Source: Mobula hypostoma
Taxonomy: Eukaryota
Direction: 5' to 3'
NCBI RefSeq assembly: GCF_963921235.1
Contig: NC_086097.1
Location: 225,062,001-225,126,000 of the forward strand
Length of the DNA: 64,000 bases
The notes under the pieces are model-generated. The model had not been told where the DNA came from. It worked only from the letters and a program-made list of their open reading frames with translations, and made no database searches. Positions 62,271 through 64,000 of the stretch are shown in pieces (positions within the stretch are counted from its first letter, which is position 1; every line of letters begins with the position of its first letter). The position numbers and the translations under genes are program-made.

Positions 62271-63617
62271 TAACCTGATTCACTGTTCTTCCCAAATGCA
62301 GTTCATGTATCACTCCTCAAGCAGACTCAACTCTCATCAACACCTTTACACATCATTCCCTCCTTGTTTCTTCATCTAACACAGTTTACTTATCACAGTT
62401 AAAAGCTCTTCTACTTAGATGTATTGCTGGCACGACGATGACTTGTTTCCATCAGTTCAGTGGGTTCAGGACAGATGATGATCTCAACATGAGACCTGTT
62501 ACTTATTGAGTAGGAAGTGTCTGATGGGAGGGTAACTGGGTCGTTTGGGAGATGATATTTATATTCTGCCATTTATACTGGGCACAAAGCTCATAGGCTT
62601 TGGTCATGCATCAGAGACATAGATTATAGCCACCTCAAGTACTGGAGAGATACCCAAAATACTGTCTCCACAAGGCCATTTAGAATGGAGTTGAGGAAAA
62701 ACTTTTTCACCCAGAGAGTTGTTGCTCTGTGGAATGCTCTGCCTCAGAAGGCAGTGGAGGCCAATTCTCTGGATGTTTTCAAGAAAGAGTTAGATAGAGA
62801 CAAGATACTGTCTCCACAAAATCCTCTAAATCACCAGGCAGGAGAAGAAGTTCTCTTCCAAGCCAATATCCTCCATATTTAGGACCTTATTGCAGTCATT
62901 TGGCTCCAGTGGGAAGGACCTATTAGCGCCAGATCTGCAGACGCTATTCTGATCTCCTTCGTAACAGAACGTCAAAGGGAAAAAAAAATCAAGGATGTGC
63001 TCAAAATTTTATTGAAATGCTGTAACATACCCAACCGCCTTTAGGAATTTCTGTCCCATGCCTGCTCGAAGTGGAAAAGGAGCTGTCGGTTTGGCATTGA
63101 GAACAATTTACAAAGAGCATTGCAAAACTCCAAGCTATCCTTTTGACTTACCCTGGCAAGTACCCTCTGCATGGCTGCAGCAGAGTCTAATCACCTCAGA
63201 ACCCAGTGAACTGGATTGGAAGCCAGTCATCCTCGACCCTGAGGGAAGCTTGAGATAGAAGACAAAGAAAGAAACGTGCCATCAGAGTATAAAAAATAGA
63301 TTAGGTCGGGAGTTTGAATGCTTGATCAAGGGTTTCTAAAAGGAGGCTAAAGATGAGAAGCAGCAAAGAAGTTTCCTTTAAACAGCGACCCTGCTATTAT
63401 AAGAATATTGAATAATTTCCTGGGATGCACCTTCTTGCATGTCTATCTGCAATGCACTTTCTCTGGAAGCTGTTACACTTTATTCTGCACCAGTTATTGT
63501 TTCACCTCACCGCACTGTGTACTGACTTAATCTGTATGAGTGGTATGCAAGACAAGCTTTTCAGTCTGTTGTACTGAGGTGTGTGTGACGATGATAATCT
63601 AATAGTTTATTTTTTTA

Positions 63618-63872
63618 TTTATTGACATACAGCGTGGAACAGGCCTTTCCAAGCCCTTTGAGCTGCACCACCCAGCAATCCCCCACTTTAACCCTGGCCT
63701 TATCACAGGACAATTTACAACGACCAATTAACCGGTCTTTGGCGTGTGGGAGGAAACCGGAGCACCTGGAGGAAACCCATGCACTGACGGGGAGAACGTA
63801 CAAACTCCTTACAGGCAGCAGTGGGATTTGAAACCCGATCACTGGCACTGTAAAGCGTTGCACTAACCATTA
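63618..63872 (-). mobile_element. V-type/HE1-like SINE (best-preserved copy)
   Basis: Minus strand ggagtttgtacgttctccccgtcagtgcatgggtttcctccaggtgctccggtttcctcccaca (V-domain-like). Confidence 0.85.
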
Positions 63873-64000
63873 CTGGTTCAAAAGTTCAAAGTAAAGTTAT
63901 TGTCGGTGTACCTGTGTATCCTCTATGCAGCTTTGAGAAATACAATAGAATCCAGAAAAAAAAGCACACATAACAAAGACCGACGGGCATCCACCGTGCA

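Overview
This is repeat-dominated vertebrate DNA, not a prokaryotic window. Abundant HER1/CR1-type LINEs and tRNA-derived V-type (HE1-like) SINEs point to an elasmobranch, probably a ray or shark (inference). I found no intact, recognisable host protein-coding gene. The long ORFs are remnants of CR1, Rex1/Babar, RTE, Penelope, Gypsy, Tc1 and pogo elements, often nested, with readable target-site duplications (TSDs). Highlights: (1) a Gypsy-type LTR retrotransposon at ~170-2590 whose RT/RNaseH/most of the integrase is replaced by an intronless RBM25 fragment, i.e. LTR-mediated gene capture; (2) minimal hammerhead-ribozyme motifs in Penelope repeats, one with an intact core at 43551-43588; (3) a young CR1 RT frame broken only by three TGG>TAG stops, a possible sign of cytidine-deaminase editing; (4) three copies of an unclassified ~600-650 bp non-coding retroelement with a 5' YY1 motif, one flanked by a ~65-bp TSD; (5) a ZNF143/THAP11-type promoter signature at ~48.1 kb and weak candidate minus-strand exons. 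All family assignments come from reading motifs by eye. No database search was run, and boundaries of degraded repeats are approximate.
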